Shown here: piece after piece, positions 17,601-27,084 of the stretch
Layout: the number at the start of each line of letters is the position of its first letter
Position numbering within the stretch: the stretch's first letter is position 1
DNA from: Cenarchaeum sp.
Lineage (GTDB): Archaea > Thermoproteota > Nitrososphaeria > Nitrososphaerales > Nitrosopumilaceae
Reading direction: 5' to 3'
DNA: 64,000 nucleotides
Assembly (NCBI GenBank): GCA_965242695.1
Contig: CBDESU010000001.1
Coordinates: forward strand, 352,001-416,000
The notes under the pieces: generated by a model
The model's input: only the letters and a program-made list of their open reading frames with translations
Told to the model about the DNA's origin: nothing
The model's database searches: none
Program-made: the position numbers and the translations under genes

Positions 17601-20055
17601 GCCGGGCACGGCGCGCATTCTGTACGACGAGCCCCTTGACGTGCCCGCGTCAGACTATACCAACCTGCGCGTGGGGGAGTCTAACGCGACGGCCACCTAC
17701 ATCACGGGAGTGGACGGCTCGGGCACGGTGGCACATGTACTGCGGTTCGATACGGGGTACGATGTCGTCGTCGCAACGGCCGGCTACGTTGACATCGCGC
17801 CGCAGGTGTTGCCGGACGGGCGCCTGTTTGCCGGAGCCGACGACCTAGAAATCATCAACGGGACCGCGGCGCCGGCCGAAGCGCCGCCGGGATCGCCCCC
17901 GATCGTGATCGAGTCTGACACCTTTGTGACCTCTATCCGCGGCACGGACGGCGCGGCGATCCGCGTGCCTGGCGGCATGATACCGGCCGCGATCCCCGCC
18001 GTAGGATTTACCGTGAACACGGGTGCGGCCACGGTTACGTTTGCGCCTGGTACGAGCATCACCGACAGGGGCACCGACACGACGTACGGCGGGGTGGTCA
18101 ACGTCACGGTGGCGGCGGCGGATCGGCAGACCGCGGCAATGAATGGGACTAGTGCCGCCGGCGCAAACGCAAGCCGCATCGGCACGGTAGTCGAGGTGGG
18201 AGACCCGGCTAGTGATCTCGCATTGAGTAGCCCCGCGCGCATAGTGCTCAAGGCGCAGGCGGCGCCGGCCGACGTGTACCACATGAACAGCACGGGTGGC
18301 GTCACGAAGATCGGCGAGTGCGACAATGCCGCAAACCCGACGGGGTGGCTGGCGGACAACCGCGGCATGCAGTTCTGCTACACGGTGCAGGGCGACGGAG
18401 ATACTGGGGACTATACGATCTACACATACCGCCTGAGCGCATTCTTCGTGGTCGGCGTAGATCGGGTCGACCCGAACATGGCCCCCGCAGTCTTGAACGT
18501 CACTTCGACTACTGCCGATGACACGTACACGCCGGGCGCAATGATCAACATTGCCGTCATGTTTACCGAGGACGTCACCGTCACGGGCTCGCCCCTGCTG
18601 GAGCTGGATGTAGGCGAGCGGAATCGGAACGCCACGTACGTTCCGACAGCCGCTTCGCCGACCGTAATGTTCAGGTACCTGGTCCAGCCGGGCGATGCTT
18701 CGCCGGACTTGAACTATACCGGCACGGATGCGTTGTCGCTAAATGGCTCGACGATAGTAGACGCAGACGGCAACAACGCCAACCTGACGCTGCCTATACC
18801 GGGAGATGCCGGCTCGCTCTCTGCCTCTAGCAACATCGTGATCGACACGCCCGCCCACCCAATGCAGAAAATGACGGTTACCATAGTCGCGCCTGAGACG
18901 CCTACTCCGCCACCACCTGCACCGCCGGTCGTCGTCTCGACTCCAGGGCCGTCTACAGGGTTCGCGCCGTTCTTCGGCGGCGGAGGTGGCGGCGGCGGAG
19001 GTGGCGGCGGCGGAGGTGGCGGCGGCGGAGGCATCCTGCAGAGCGGCGGCAGTCAGGTGATCCTGTACGCCGCTACATGGGATTGTGACGAGGGGACGAT
19101 CCGGATAACGACAAACGCTGGGGTCAGTCCTGACGTTACCATCCTGTCGTCCGACGGCACGATTAGGGCGCAAATGGCAGAAGGGCCGCATCCGACGGGA
19201 CGCACCGTCTACGAGGCGCCGCTGCCGGAGGACTCAATACTGTCGATCAGGGCCACGATCATAGAGGGTAGGGCAACATCGACTGCATCAGAGATGGTGC
19301 GGACGGAAGGGCAGTGCACCGGCGAGGCCGTATTCAGGGCGTACGGAGCGGAGCCTGCCGCCGCGCCGCCTGTTGCGGAGACGGAGCGGCCCGCGCCGTC
19401 CGCCTCTGCTGACGAGCCTCCCGCGGCCGAGCAGCCGGCAGAGGAGGCGCCTTCGACCGCCGTAGGCGACGAGCCGCCCGCGGCCGAGCAGCCTGACGAC
19501 ATGCCTGCGGATCAGCAGCAGGTTGACGTGCCTCCGCCGCCGCCCGAGCCGGATGTGGAGCAGCCAGATGCGCCAGCCGACGAGCAGCCTGCGACCACGA
19601 CGCCTGCGACCCCCGCCGATACGGATGCCGTCCCCGTCGAGGATGACGACGACGGCGGCTGCCTAATTGCGACGGCCGCGTACGGGACAGAGATCGCCCC
19701 GCAGGTGCAGCACCTCCGCGAGGTTCGCGACGGCACGCTCCTGACGACAGAGTCTGGCAGGGCGTTCATGTCCGCGTTCGGCACCGCATACTATGCATTC
19801 TCGCCGCAAGTGGCGGACCTAGAGCGCGCCCATCCGGCGCTCCGGCAGGCGGTAGCGGCCCTAGTAGCGCCGATGCTACTTGCCCTGCAGGTCGTCGATG
19901 CGGCCGAGCCGGGCTCCGAGCAGAGCGTCATTGCATACGGAGCGCTGGCCATTGCGCTCGTTGCGGGCATGTACGTGGCGGCGCCGGCAGCCGGCGCGTG
20001 GTACGCCGTCCGCCTTGGCCGCGGCCGGGCAAGCGGCAAGAGTCGCGGCGACTGA
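14647..20055 (+). CDS. Large (~1800 aa) surface protein: beta-propeller-like, right-handed beta-helix, Ig-like domains, poly-Gly and Pro/Glu linkers, CFI-box-CTERM anchor
   Basis: Signal peptide, YVAN/LAVDPD-type repeats, repeated IxNNTI beta-helix motifs, GGCLIATAAYGTEIAPQVQHLREVRD, then a terminal TM helix and basic tail. Confidence 0.8.
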   Translation: MPRRDRPIVRAGPIAAGLLAVALVAAAAAWAPGDAYAQECRADQGDDCVYHVTRTIDVGDIIPIIVKVDGEGNVYVANRPHLGTEDQNHSHLRIYDGSTGDKLGDDVVLGGGMNSRILDIEVAGSTIYVAHMWGIGDSSLGWDNKTWNGDGLMNLTAIAAGTGEMLGTIALMHGDGAGQDVTRGTISDLAVDPDRKRAYISTGSMGPVLAVDISDPAAMRLMYTTAGGASAGEWSPYDVAAPVSALAVDNGTGLVYAAARVGDRDDSMGHSWGIATLNFTDAGGAFTPNYTRADFLNMSSNPAPDPMGECRSDYNRNPCRGDVLVDSLQLYGDGDKLFALYRNHTVWAFELDDMTNYPDTAPTEVNVTLDDPQAGSYEDGYMLGSYAHKQISDILLDGQRGLLYASLYDFANPRVVVINADTHVRVGDASASSQIDNMGLDARNGAVYALPQWTPNAYVIEATNKHLLQKMIDNASDGDVLKIPADTYDDAILSVNKSLTLTANVSGTVIFNGSSRIEIESHDVAISGLIFRDTKCLPGLAASLIEIRTHGNDFTRTNVIVKDSMFSNTCHAAIQQEGVGRLTGVMIQNNTFVNIGLNMRDGKTEPIDTGGENEFQLMHGAIGLAHHPSQMPVSGTIAGNTIENTSAAGIRVFNADGMTIMNNNITGTPASGIGLAHGPSNTVVKYNILNNTNNKPDLDYLDGITGSGEPGYYKYIDFTYPNPYAYLGMQKLVDREPYPMPAPDAAINVWANAKNVTVANNTIRDSDGAFTVCTGVCAFESDGPVRNNERNVPANGMPITNEVHFINNTIYPYNSSDNNGLLVVSHALGHLDARNNTFLDARNNTFHDSENDTQVVSGRVKTDHHDDPLNATFTAAAFVSPNRILIIYDAPLGPMKGHEDDAVYGRIMGSGLDEMPMQVSGLGTAMHTIEFGGDGVGERQNGTIELNVDIESIDSDGNHHLFSNDSIPLRAYGPNVDLVSAMFMSPGTARILYDEPLDVPASDYTNLRVGESNATATYITGVDGSGTVAHVLRFDTGYDVVVATAGYVDIAPQVLPDGRLFAGADDLEIINGTAAPAEAPPGSPPIVIESDTFVTSIRGTDGAAIRVPGGMIPAAIPAVGFTVNTGAATVTFAPGTSITDRGTDTTYGGVVNVTVAAADRQTAAMNGTSAAGANASRIGTVVEVGDPASDLALSSPARIVLKAQAAPADVYHMNSTGGVTKIGECDNAANPTGWLADNRGMQFCYTVQGDGDTGDYTIYTYRLSAFFVVGVDRVDPNMAPAVLNVTSTTADDTYTPGAMINIAVMFTEDVTVTGSPLLELDVGERNRNATYVPTAASPTVMFRYLVQPGDASPDLNYTGTDALSLNGSTIVDADGNNANLTLPIPGDAGSLSASSNIVIDTPAHPMQKMTVTIVAPETPTPPPPAPPVVVSTPGPSTGFAPFFGGGGGGGGGGGGGGGGGGGILQSGGSQVILYAATWDCDEGTIRITTNAGVSPDVTILSSDGTIRAQMAEGPHPTGRTVYEAPLPEDSILSIRATIIEGRATSTASEMVRTEGQCTGEAVFRAYGAEPAAAPPVAETERPAPSASADEPPAAEQPAEEAPSTAVGDEPPAAEQPDDMPADQQQVDVPPPPPEPDVEQPDAPADEQPATTTPATPADTDAVPVEDDDDGGCLIATAAYGTEIAPQVQHLREVRDGTLLTTESGRAFMSAFGTAYYAFSPQVADLERAHPALRQAVAALVAPMLLALQVVDAAEPGSEQSVIAYGALAIALVAGMYVAAPAAGAWYAVRLGRGRASGKSRGD

Positions 20056-21294
20056 TCGCTAGCCCAGTATTGCACAGCCTCTGCATCAATACACCCTCCT
20101 TTTCACCTGCGTCACGAATGTCGCGCCACGGCGCACATTCGAATCTCTTGGTGTCGCTCGCCGCCTCGAGTCGTTACGCCGCCGTGCCGAGGCGGGCAGG
20201 GGCGGCCGTGGGTGCCGTTGCCGTTGCCGTTGCCACTGGTAGCGGCCCTCGGCAGCCCCGGGGGTGAAAGGAGGATAGCCGCGGCCAGCCGGGCGGCAGT
20301 TATTCACGGCAGCGGCATGCGCGCGACGGTTGGGCGACGGGCGAGAAGAGGAGAGTCTGGCCGCCGCAGCCGGATGCGCGGCCGCCGCCCCGAGGGTACC
20401 GTGTCGGTGCCACCTGCGGCCAGGGCCGGTCGGCATGTAGCGCCGCACCTACCTGGCCCTGCCGTCTGGCGGTGGCATGCCGCCGGCGTAGCCGATCAGC
20501 ATCCGCATCATGTCTCCTGTATGACGATGCATTGGCGACTGGCAAGCTGACAGCATGCTCAGGGCATTGTGGCGCCGGAAGCAACCCCTCGCAGGCACGG
20601 GCCATGGCAGCTCAGGCGCGGAGCGCACTAGAGATCTAAATATGCACCGCGCCTAGGGTGGGCTCTGGACCGTAGCGCGGTGGCGACGCCGGCCCTGCGC
20701 GTCCGCTGTTTCCGTCCCTGCACTGGCCATATGACCGCTCGGGGCAAACTGCCCCGCCGCCCGCCGAGCCCGCCGAGCCACGCCGCTGTTTCATTGGACA
20801 GCGGGTGCGGATCCGTCCCTATCTCTGCCGTGTCGCCGCGTAGCCAGACTCCTATCTCCGAGATGGTGTGATTTGATGTCTTGCCAAGGTGGACCGCAGC
20901 TTTTGCGATCAGCATTACCTGCCGTTTTCTGGATGCCGCTCGGATGACTTCGTGTTGAATCGACTCCCACCGAGCATGACCTCATACCGAATGGCATCCC
21001 AAGGACTGCGCACTATTGAAGCACGAGCTCTGCTGGTGTACGCAGGACATGCCCGCCTTCGACTGATCGACTAATCACTACCTCGCACATACTTCCCGAT
21101 GAGATGTTCATGTCCGACACCTCGCGCGCAGTGGCGAGCCTCATTTCTCGCACCGGGTCCATGTACACGCAGTCGCGCAGATATGTTTAGCCCGGCGCAC
21201 AGAACACGACGAACGTGACATGGGGTTCGTCCTACGACCCACCATGACTCTTCTGGCATGCATGACTTGCACCATGAGAGACTGCGCCCGCAGA

Positions 21295-22017
21295 CTAACT
21301 ACCTTGCCTGTTTCGACGAGGAAACTCGGATCGTAGTATTCTCAATATCTCGTTGAGAGATTTCAATATGGCCGCATTTTGCCTGGCGACCAAGTCCAGG
21401 TTCATGTGAGAATCCTGGGCGTTACTGAATAGCAACGAGTCGTACCAGTACTTTTGATGTACAAGTAAACTGTTGGACAGAGATTCAAATTTAACCGCGG
21501 ACAATTTGTCTGAATATTTATTTCGGATGCCGTCTTTTGTTATGTCACCCCTGGCAAGCGCGTTCAGGGTCGTGCGGCTGAAGTCAACGATGCACTGTAC
21601 TTGTTCTTTGGTTATGTTGAATTTTTCTGCGATTTCATCCTCGCTCATCCCTTCGACCCATACGGACTTTATGATCTCTGATATGGACTTTGAAAACACA
21701 TCGTCGGGTATCTTAGATATTTGGTGTATCTGATATGCCTCGGTCGGAGCATGTTTCTTTATGTTTGACACAAACAGCCGCGCAAACGTGTCGTCGAGCC
21801 CAAGTTCTACGAGGCGACTACCAATTGCAATGTCATCGTGTTTGGATATGGCACGTTGTACTTCTGAAAGAAGAGGGGCTAGGCGATTATGATATTGCTT
21901 GAGCTTGAAAGTCACCGGGTTGAGGTCTGAGACGATCGTCACCTTCTCTTGCTCGCTGAGTATATTGAAGAACTCTATAGATCGCCTGATGATGTCTTCG
22001 TCGTCAAACACCTTCAT
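21295..22017 (-). CDS. Hypothetical protein (low GC) with HTH-like segment
   Basis: 240-aa ORF in an AT-richer segment. GMSEDEIAEKFNITKEQV is HTH-like. Confidence 0.65.
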   Translation of the reverse strand: MKVFDDEDIIRRSIEFFNILSEQEKVTIVSDLNPVTFKLKQYHNRLAPLLSEVQRAISKHDDIAIGSRLVELGLDDTFARLFVSNIKKHAPTEAYQIHQISKIPDDVFSKSISEIIKSVWVEGMSEDEIAEKFNITKEQVQCIVDFSRTTLNALARGDITKDGIRNKYSDKLSAVKFESLSNSLLVHQKYWYDSLLFSNAQDSHMNLDLVARQNAAILKSLNEILRILRSEFPRRNRQGS

Positions 22018-22219
22018 ACTTGCTCACCTCTTCGAGTTCTATCATAAGTGCGCCGAGCCTGTCCCGTATCTCGTTTCGCTCAGGCATGGGTGGATTTTTC
22101 CGGTTATGGCTCAACTCGTGCGGGCCTGACAGGCTGTACGTGGCATTGATGCGGTTCCTAGCATCGACGGCGTCCATCCGCAGCGAGTGCTCGATTGTGC
22201 GACGGTTGCGTATGTCCAT
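22004..22219 (-). CDS. Small hypothetical protein overlapping the downstream gene
   Basis: TTATAAG about 30 nt upstream, and its stop overlaps the start of the 240-aa ORF. Confidence 0.35.
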   Translation of the reverse strand: MDIRNRRTIEHSLRMDAVDARNRINATYSLSGPHELSHNRKNPPMPERNEIRDRLGALMIELEEVSKYEGV

Positions 22220-22903
22220 GCCACTTCGACCGAAACACATATGAATTGCTTATAACCCTTTGCCATCCCCTCATCGGGCGTGCGCGCATGATCTCAAGTC
22301 CCTCCCTGCACCTCGCCATCCGGTCGTACTGGGCGCCCAATTGACGCCTGACGGGGGTGGACAGGCACAGACGATGCTACGGGGCAGCTGCCCTGGCCCG
22401 CCCCTGCCGCCTGCCGACGGGGCGGCCGTCACCGCCGCAGCCGGGCGATCGGCCGCCGTAGAGCATGCCTCCACCGCCGCCGCACCCTGCCTGATGATGT
22501 CATCCCGGGACGGCAGCATCGGCCGTTGTCTATATTTTCAACGTTGTCGGCAAAAAGCATTGATAGCGCTCGCCATAAGCGGGCCGCGGCGAGGGAGGGC
22601 CGCGTCGTGAAGGCGGCCTCGTCGGCGCGGCGGCGGCGGCGGTGCCGGCCAGGCAGGAGCATGTCCACGCTGACAGAGACGATCCCTTCGCCCGCCTCGT
22701 CAGGACCGAACCGCGTGCAGCAGGCCCTCGAGTGCGGATATTGCCATGCTGCTTGGCGAGGCCGGGGCCTCTGCGAGCGAACCGCAGCCGGCGCATCCCC
22801 TCGCGGCCGGCCTGCGCCGGGGTCCCCGGGCGGGGGAGGCAGGTCCGGGGCAACCTGTGCGCATCCTTGAACCTTTAATGAGGGGCCGCCGCGCCCGGCG
22901 CGC

Positions 22904-23470
22904 ATGCTGCCGCGCCTGGACTCTATACGCGAGACGCGCACGCGTATCGGCGCCACGCAAAAGCGACTCGCCGAAATGGCCGGCGTGAGCACCTCTATGA
23001 TAAACCAGATAGAGTCGGGCCGCACAAAGCCCGGCTACGAGACGGCCCGCCGCATATTCGACAGCCTGGTCAGGCTCGAGGGCAGCTCGTCGTCGCACAC
23101 GGCCGGCGACTTTTGCTGCACCGACATCGTCCGCCTCGCCCCGTCCGACACGCTGCGCGACGCAGTCGCGCGCATGCAGGCGTTCTCGATAAGCCAGGTG
23201 CCCGTGTTCGACGGCGAGTCGCCCGTCGGCATCGTCACCGAGGACGGGATAATGAGGCACCTTGCCGACGGCGAGAGGTCGGGGACGGCCACGGATGCGG
23301 TCTCGATCGCAAGCTCCATGGACCCCGCGCCGCCCATCGTAGACTACGAGACGCCGGCCAACGTCCTCGTCCCGCTGCTGCGATTCACAAAGTGCATTCT
23401 GGTGTCGCGCAAGGCCCGAATAGTCGGGATCATCACCGCCTCGGACGCGCTCCGAATGATGGAGAGGTAG
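22904..23470 (+). CDS. XRE-HTH plus CBS-pair transcriptional regulator
   Basis: TQKRLAEMAGVSTSMINQIESGRTKP, then CBS motifs ISQVPVFD...VGIVTE and IVGIITASD. Confidence 0.92.
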   Translation: MLPRLDSIRETRTRIGATQKRLAEMAGVSTSMINQIESGRTKPGYETARRIFDSLVRLEGSSSSHTAGDFCCTDIVRLAPSDTLRDAVARMQAFSISQVPVFDGESPVGIVTEDGIMRHLADGERSGTATDAVSIASSMDPAPPIVDYETPANVLVPLLRFTKCILVSRKARIVGIITASDALRMMER

Positions 23471-23480
23471 CGCGGCCCCT

Positions 23481-23891
23481 TCAGGCCGACTCGTCCTTGC
23501 CCGGCGCAGTGCACAGCTCGGCGAGCACCCCGTGCAGCGACTTTGGGTGGACGAACGCGACGCGCGTGCCCTCGGACCCCGGCCGGATCTCTCCGAGCAT
23601 GCGCAGGCCGCACCCCTCGATCCTGGCCACGTCGCCGTCGATGTCGTCCGTGCCGAGCGCGACGTGGTGCAGCCCCTCGCCCCTCTTTTCAAGGAACCCG
23701 TGGATGGGGCTAGACTCGCTTGTCGGCTCCATCAGCTCTACCCGCCCGTTTGCCAGGCGCAGTATGGCAAGCCGCACCCCCTCGGACTCGACCGTCTCGA
23801 ACTCTACGTCGTCCGTTCCGAGGGCCCTCTTGTACGTCTCGGCCGCCGCCCTGACGTCCCTGACGGCGATCGCGACGTGGTCGATCCGCAC
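23481..23891 (-). CDS. mce: Methylmalonyl-CoA epimerase
   Basis: IDHVAIAV, VELMEP, GEGLHHVAL, FVHPKSLHGVLAEL. Confidence 0.95.
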   Translation of the reverse strand: MRIDHVAIAVRDVRAAAETYKRALGTDDVEFETVESEGVRLAILRLANGRVELMEPTSESSPIHGFLEKRGEGLHHVALGTDDIDGDVARIEGCGLRMLGEIRPGSEGTRVAFVHPKSLHGVLAELCTAPGKDESA

Positions 23892-25580
23892 TCAAAACAC
23901 CTCCCTTGGCCTGTACTCGCCGAACACGGACCTGAGGGTGCCGCTGATCTCGCCCGTGGTGGCATGCGCTAGGGCCGCGTCTAGTATGAACGGCATGAGG
24001 TTCTTGTCCGTGTCTGCCGCGCCGGCGAGCTTGGACAGGGCCGCATCCGCCCTTGCCTTGTCGCGCCCGCGCCGTGTGCGGCGCACGGCCGCCCTCTGCC
24101 TCTTCTCGACGGCGCCCCCCACGCGCAGCAGGTCCTGGCCGCCCTCGGACTCGTCGGCGTACTTGTTGACGCCGACGATTATCCGCCCGCCGCCGTCGAT
24201 CTCCTTCTTTAGCCTGTACGCGTTGCGGCGTATCTCGGACTGGAAGAACCCGCGCTCGATGGCCCTGATGGATCCCTTCATCGAGTCGATCTTGCCGAGG
24301 TACTCCCACACGCCGGCCTCCATCTGCTCGCACAGGCTCTCGACGTAGTGCGACCCCGCCAGCGGGTCGACCGTCTTTGTAATCCCGCTCTCGTGGGCCA
24401 CGATCTGCTGCGTGCGCAGGGCTATCTTTGCAGACTCTTCGGTCGGCAGGGCGAGCGCCTCGTCGCGCGAGTTCGTATGCAGCGACTGCGTCCCGCCGAG
24501 GACAGACGCCATCGTCTGCACCGCTACGCGCACGATGTTGTTGTCCGGCTGCTGCGCGGTGAGCGACTCGCCGCTAGTCTGCGTGTGGAACTTTAGCTGC
24601 ATCGACCTTGGGTTCTTCGCGCCGAACCTGTCCCTTAGTATCTTTGCGTACACGCGCCGGGCGACGCGAAACTTTGCGACCTCTTCGAAGAACTCTATCG
24701 TGCAGCAGAAAAAGAACGACAGGCGCGGCGCAAAGTCGTCTATCTTTAGGCCCTGCGCAAGGCACGTCTCTATGTACGCGATCGCGTTGGCCATCGTGAA
24801 CGCGACCTCTTGCGTCGCGGTCGCGCCGGCCTCCCTCATGTGGTACCCCGATATGGACACGGGGTACCACCTCGGGACGTTCTCGGCGCAGTACCCGACC
24901 ATGTCGCCTATTATGCGCATCGACGGCTCGGGCGGGTAGATGTACGTGTTGCGCGCAATGTACTCCTTTAGTATGTCGTTCTGCGTCGTCCCGCGCAGCT
25001 GCGACCCGTCGAATCCCTGCGAGCGGCCTACCGCAATGTAGTACGCGAGCAGCGTCGATGCCGTCGAGTTTATCGTCATCGACGTGCTCACGCTGCCGAG
25101 CGGTATGCCGCCAAAGGCGTCCATCATGTCGCGCACGGACGATATGGACACGCCGACCTTGCCGACCTCGCCCTCGGCCTGCGGCGAGTCCGGATCGTAC
25201 CCGATCTGGGTCGGCAGGTCGAACGCCATGCTAAGGCCCGTCTGGCCCTTTTCTAGCATGAACTTGAAGCGCTTGTTCGTCTGCAGCGCATCGCCGAACC
25301 CCGAGTACTGCCTCATCGTCCAAAGGCGGTCGCGGTACATGCCGGCGTGTATGCCGCGCGTAAACGGGTACTCGCCGGGCTGCTCGCGCGCTACTGCATC
25401 CCTGGCCTTCGACTTGGGGCGCGGGCCGTACGCCCTCTCGACCTCGAAGTTCGAGTCGGTCGCAAACCTCTTCTCGGCCGCCTGCCCGCCGTTCCGGGGC
25501 GCCTTTGATGCGCCCTTGTTACCGCCTCCACCCTTCCGGCCGGCCGTCCGCGCGGCCGCGCGCTGCGCCGAGGCCGTCAT
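23892..25580 (-). CDS. Methylmalonyl-CoA mutase large (substrate-binding) subunit
   Basis: PGEYPFTRG, WTMRQYSGFG, GTTQNDILKEY, SISGYHMREAG, QSLHTNSRDEALALP. Confidence 0.96.
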   Translation of the reverse strand: MTASAQRAAARTAGRKGGGGNKGASKAPRNGGQAAEKRFATDSNFEVERAYGPRPKSKARDAVAREQPGEYPFTRGIHAGMYRDRLWTMRQYSGFGDALQTNKRFKFMLEKGQTGLSMAFDLPTQIGYDPDSPQAEGEVGKVGVSISSVRDMMDAFGGIPLGSVSTSMTINSTASTLLAYYIAVGRSQGFDGSQLRGTTQNDILKEYIARNTYIYPPEPSMRIIGDMVGYCAENVPRWYPVSISGYHMREAGATATQEVAFTMANAIAYIETCLAQGLKIDDFAPRLSFFFCCTIEFFEEVAKFRVARRVYAKILRDRFGAKNPRSMQLKFHTQTSGESLTAQQPDNNIVRVAVQTMASVLGGTQSLHTNSRDEALALPTEESAKIALRTQQIVAHESGITKTVDPLAGSHYVESLCEQMEAGVWEYLGKIDSMKGSIRAIERGFFQSEIRRNAYRLKKEIDGGGRIIVGVNKYADESEGGQDLLRVGGAVEKRQRAAVRRTRRGRDKARADAALSKLAGAADTDKNLMPFILDAALAHATTGEISGTLRSVFGEYRPREVF

Positions 25581-26608
25581 TTCCGTCCCCCCTGCGCTGC
25601 GCCTCTGCCCATCCGGGCCGAAAGGCGCCGCGCCGCCTCGTGCGGGTCGATCTCCCTTGCGCGCACCCTGCGCAGGTACGCCGCGTACGACCTGTTCGTC
25701 GACGGGTCTAGCATGCGCTCTAGCCTTTCCCTCTGCATATTTAAGACAATGTCCCTGACCTCTGCCTCTAGGCGCCTGCCCTCGGCCTCCTCCCTGTCGT
25801 CGCCTCCGAGCCCGCGCATCATCCCGAGCAGCGTCTTTGCCAGGCCCGCCGTCCCCCTGCCCCTCTTGGCCGAGACCATGACGACGGCCGGATCGCCGCC
25901 CCTGCCCTTGCCGTCCCCCGCCTCTACGCCGCCGCCGGCCCCCCTGCCGCGCGCGCTGTGGCCGCCTCCAGGCGACGATGCGACGTGGTCGAGCAGCGCA
26001 TCGTAGAGCTGCGCGGCCCCGTCGATGTCGCCCTTGTTGACCACGTACAGGTCGCCTATCTCGGTGAGGCCGGCCTTTACGGCCTGTATGCTGTCGCCCG
26101 TCTGCGGGCTGAACACGACGACGGTAATGTCGGCCACTGCCGATATGCCGACCTCGGTCTGGCCGGCGCCGACGCTCTCCACTATGATGGGGTCGAACCC
26201 CGCGTACTCTAGCACCCTGGCTATGCCGCGGACCGACCGCGACACGGCCCCGGCTGCCCCCCTCGAGGCGACGCTGCGGATGTAGGTGCCAGAGTCGGTC
26301 GACTCGGTCATGCGGACGCGGTCGCCGAGTATGGCCCCGCCGGTGACGTGGCTCGTCGGGTCGACCGCAAGCACGGCGGGGTTTGCGCCGAGCCGGCGCA
26401 TCTCCACGGATGCGCGGTCGATGAGCGTGCTCTTTCCGGCCCCCGCCGGCCCCGTAATACCGATCACGGTGGCCCTGCCGGTGCGGGCGAATATCTCGGC
26501 TACCATGCCGCGGGCCCCGCCGGGATCGTTCTCTACGATCGAGATGGCCCTTGCAATGTCGCCGCGCCTTCCCCTCTTGAGGCCGGCAAGAAGCGGCGCG
26601 CCTGCCAT
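25577..26608 (-). CDS. meaB: MeaB/ArgK GTPase, mutase chaperone
   Basis: IGITGPAGAGKST, LAVDPTS..GGAILGDRVRM, VESVGAGQTE, VVNKGD. ATG 26608 has TTTTAT about 25 nt upstream. Confidence 0.93.
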   Translation of the reverse strand: MAGAPLLAGLKRGRRGDIARAISIVENDPGGARGMVAEIFARTGRATVIGITGPAGAGKSTLIDRASVEMRRLGANPAVLAVDPTSHVTGGAILGDRVRMTESTDSGTYIRSVASRGAAGAVSRSVRGIARVLEYAGFDPIIVESVGAGQTEVGISAVADITVVVFSPQTGDSIQAVKAGLTEIGDLYVVNKGDIDGAAQLYDALLDHVASSPGGGHSARGRGAGGGVEAGDGKGRGGDPAVVMVSAKRGRGTAGLAKTLLGMMRGLGGDDREEAEGRRLEAEVRDIVLNMQRERLERMLDPSTNRSYAAYLRRVRAREIDPHEAARRLSARMGRGAAQGGRK

Positions 26609-26658
26609 GCGCCCCGCACGGGGCGCCGCAATAAAACCCATGCGGGCCGCGCGCGCAG

Positions 26659-27084
26659 CTACCTTACGCCGTAGATGATGCGCGCGGCCGGCTCGCCGTC
26701 CGGCCTGAACTCGGTCTTGGCGTCGACCGTCCCGTACTCTGCATGGTCGATGACGAGGACGATCGGGTGGACCGGCCAGCCGTACTTTGGCGTCGATCGG
26801 AACGGGACCTCCTCCGTAAACGAGCTCGACTCGTACGTGCGGTGGAACGTCTCGTCCATGCCGAGCACCTCTAGCGCGACCGAGCGCGTCCCGCCGGACA
26901 CGTCCTCGTACGAGACGACGGCGACTCCCCTGTCCTCGTAGTACACGCCGCCGACGAGGATCGTGCGCGACAGCTCGGCCTCGGTCTCGCTGTCGACGGC
27001 GGGTATGGAAAACACCCACGCGGCCGCCGCGGCCAGGGCCACGGCCGCTGCCGCCGCGGCCACCCTCGACGGCCTCGGCCTCAT
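26659..27084 (-). CDS. Hypothetical membrane-anchored protein
   Basis: N-terminal hydrophobic helix. The start overlaps the aminopeptidase stop. Confidence 0.7.
   Translation of the reverse strand: MRPRPSRVAAAAAAVALAAAAAWVFSIPAVDSETEAELSRTILVGGVYYEDRGVAVVSYEDVSGGTRSVALEVLGMDETFHRTYESSSFTEEVPFRSTPKYGWPVHPIVLVIDHAEYGTVDAKTEFRPDGEPAARIIYGVR

Noticed and set aside
20060-21290. Short ORFs in the long intergenic region after the surface protein
   Set aside because: No recognisable motifs or consistent frame. Possibly decayed sequence, but not supportable.
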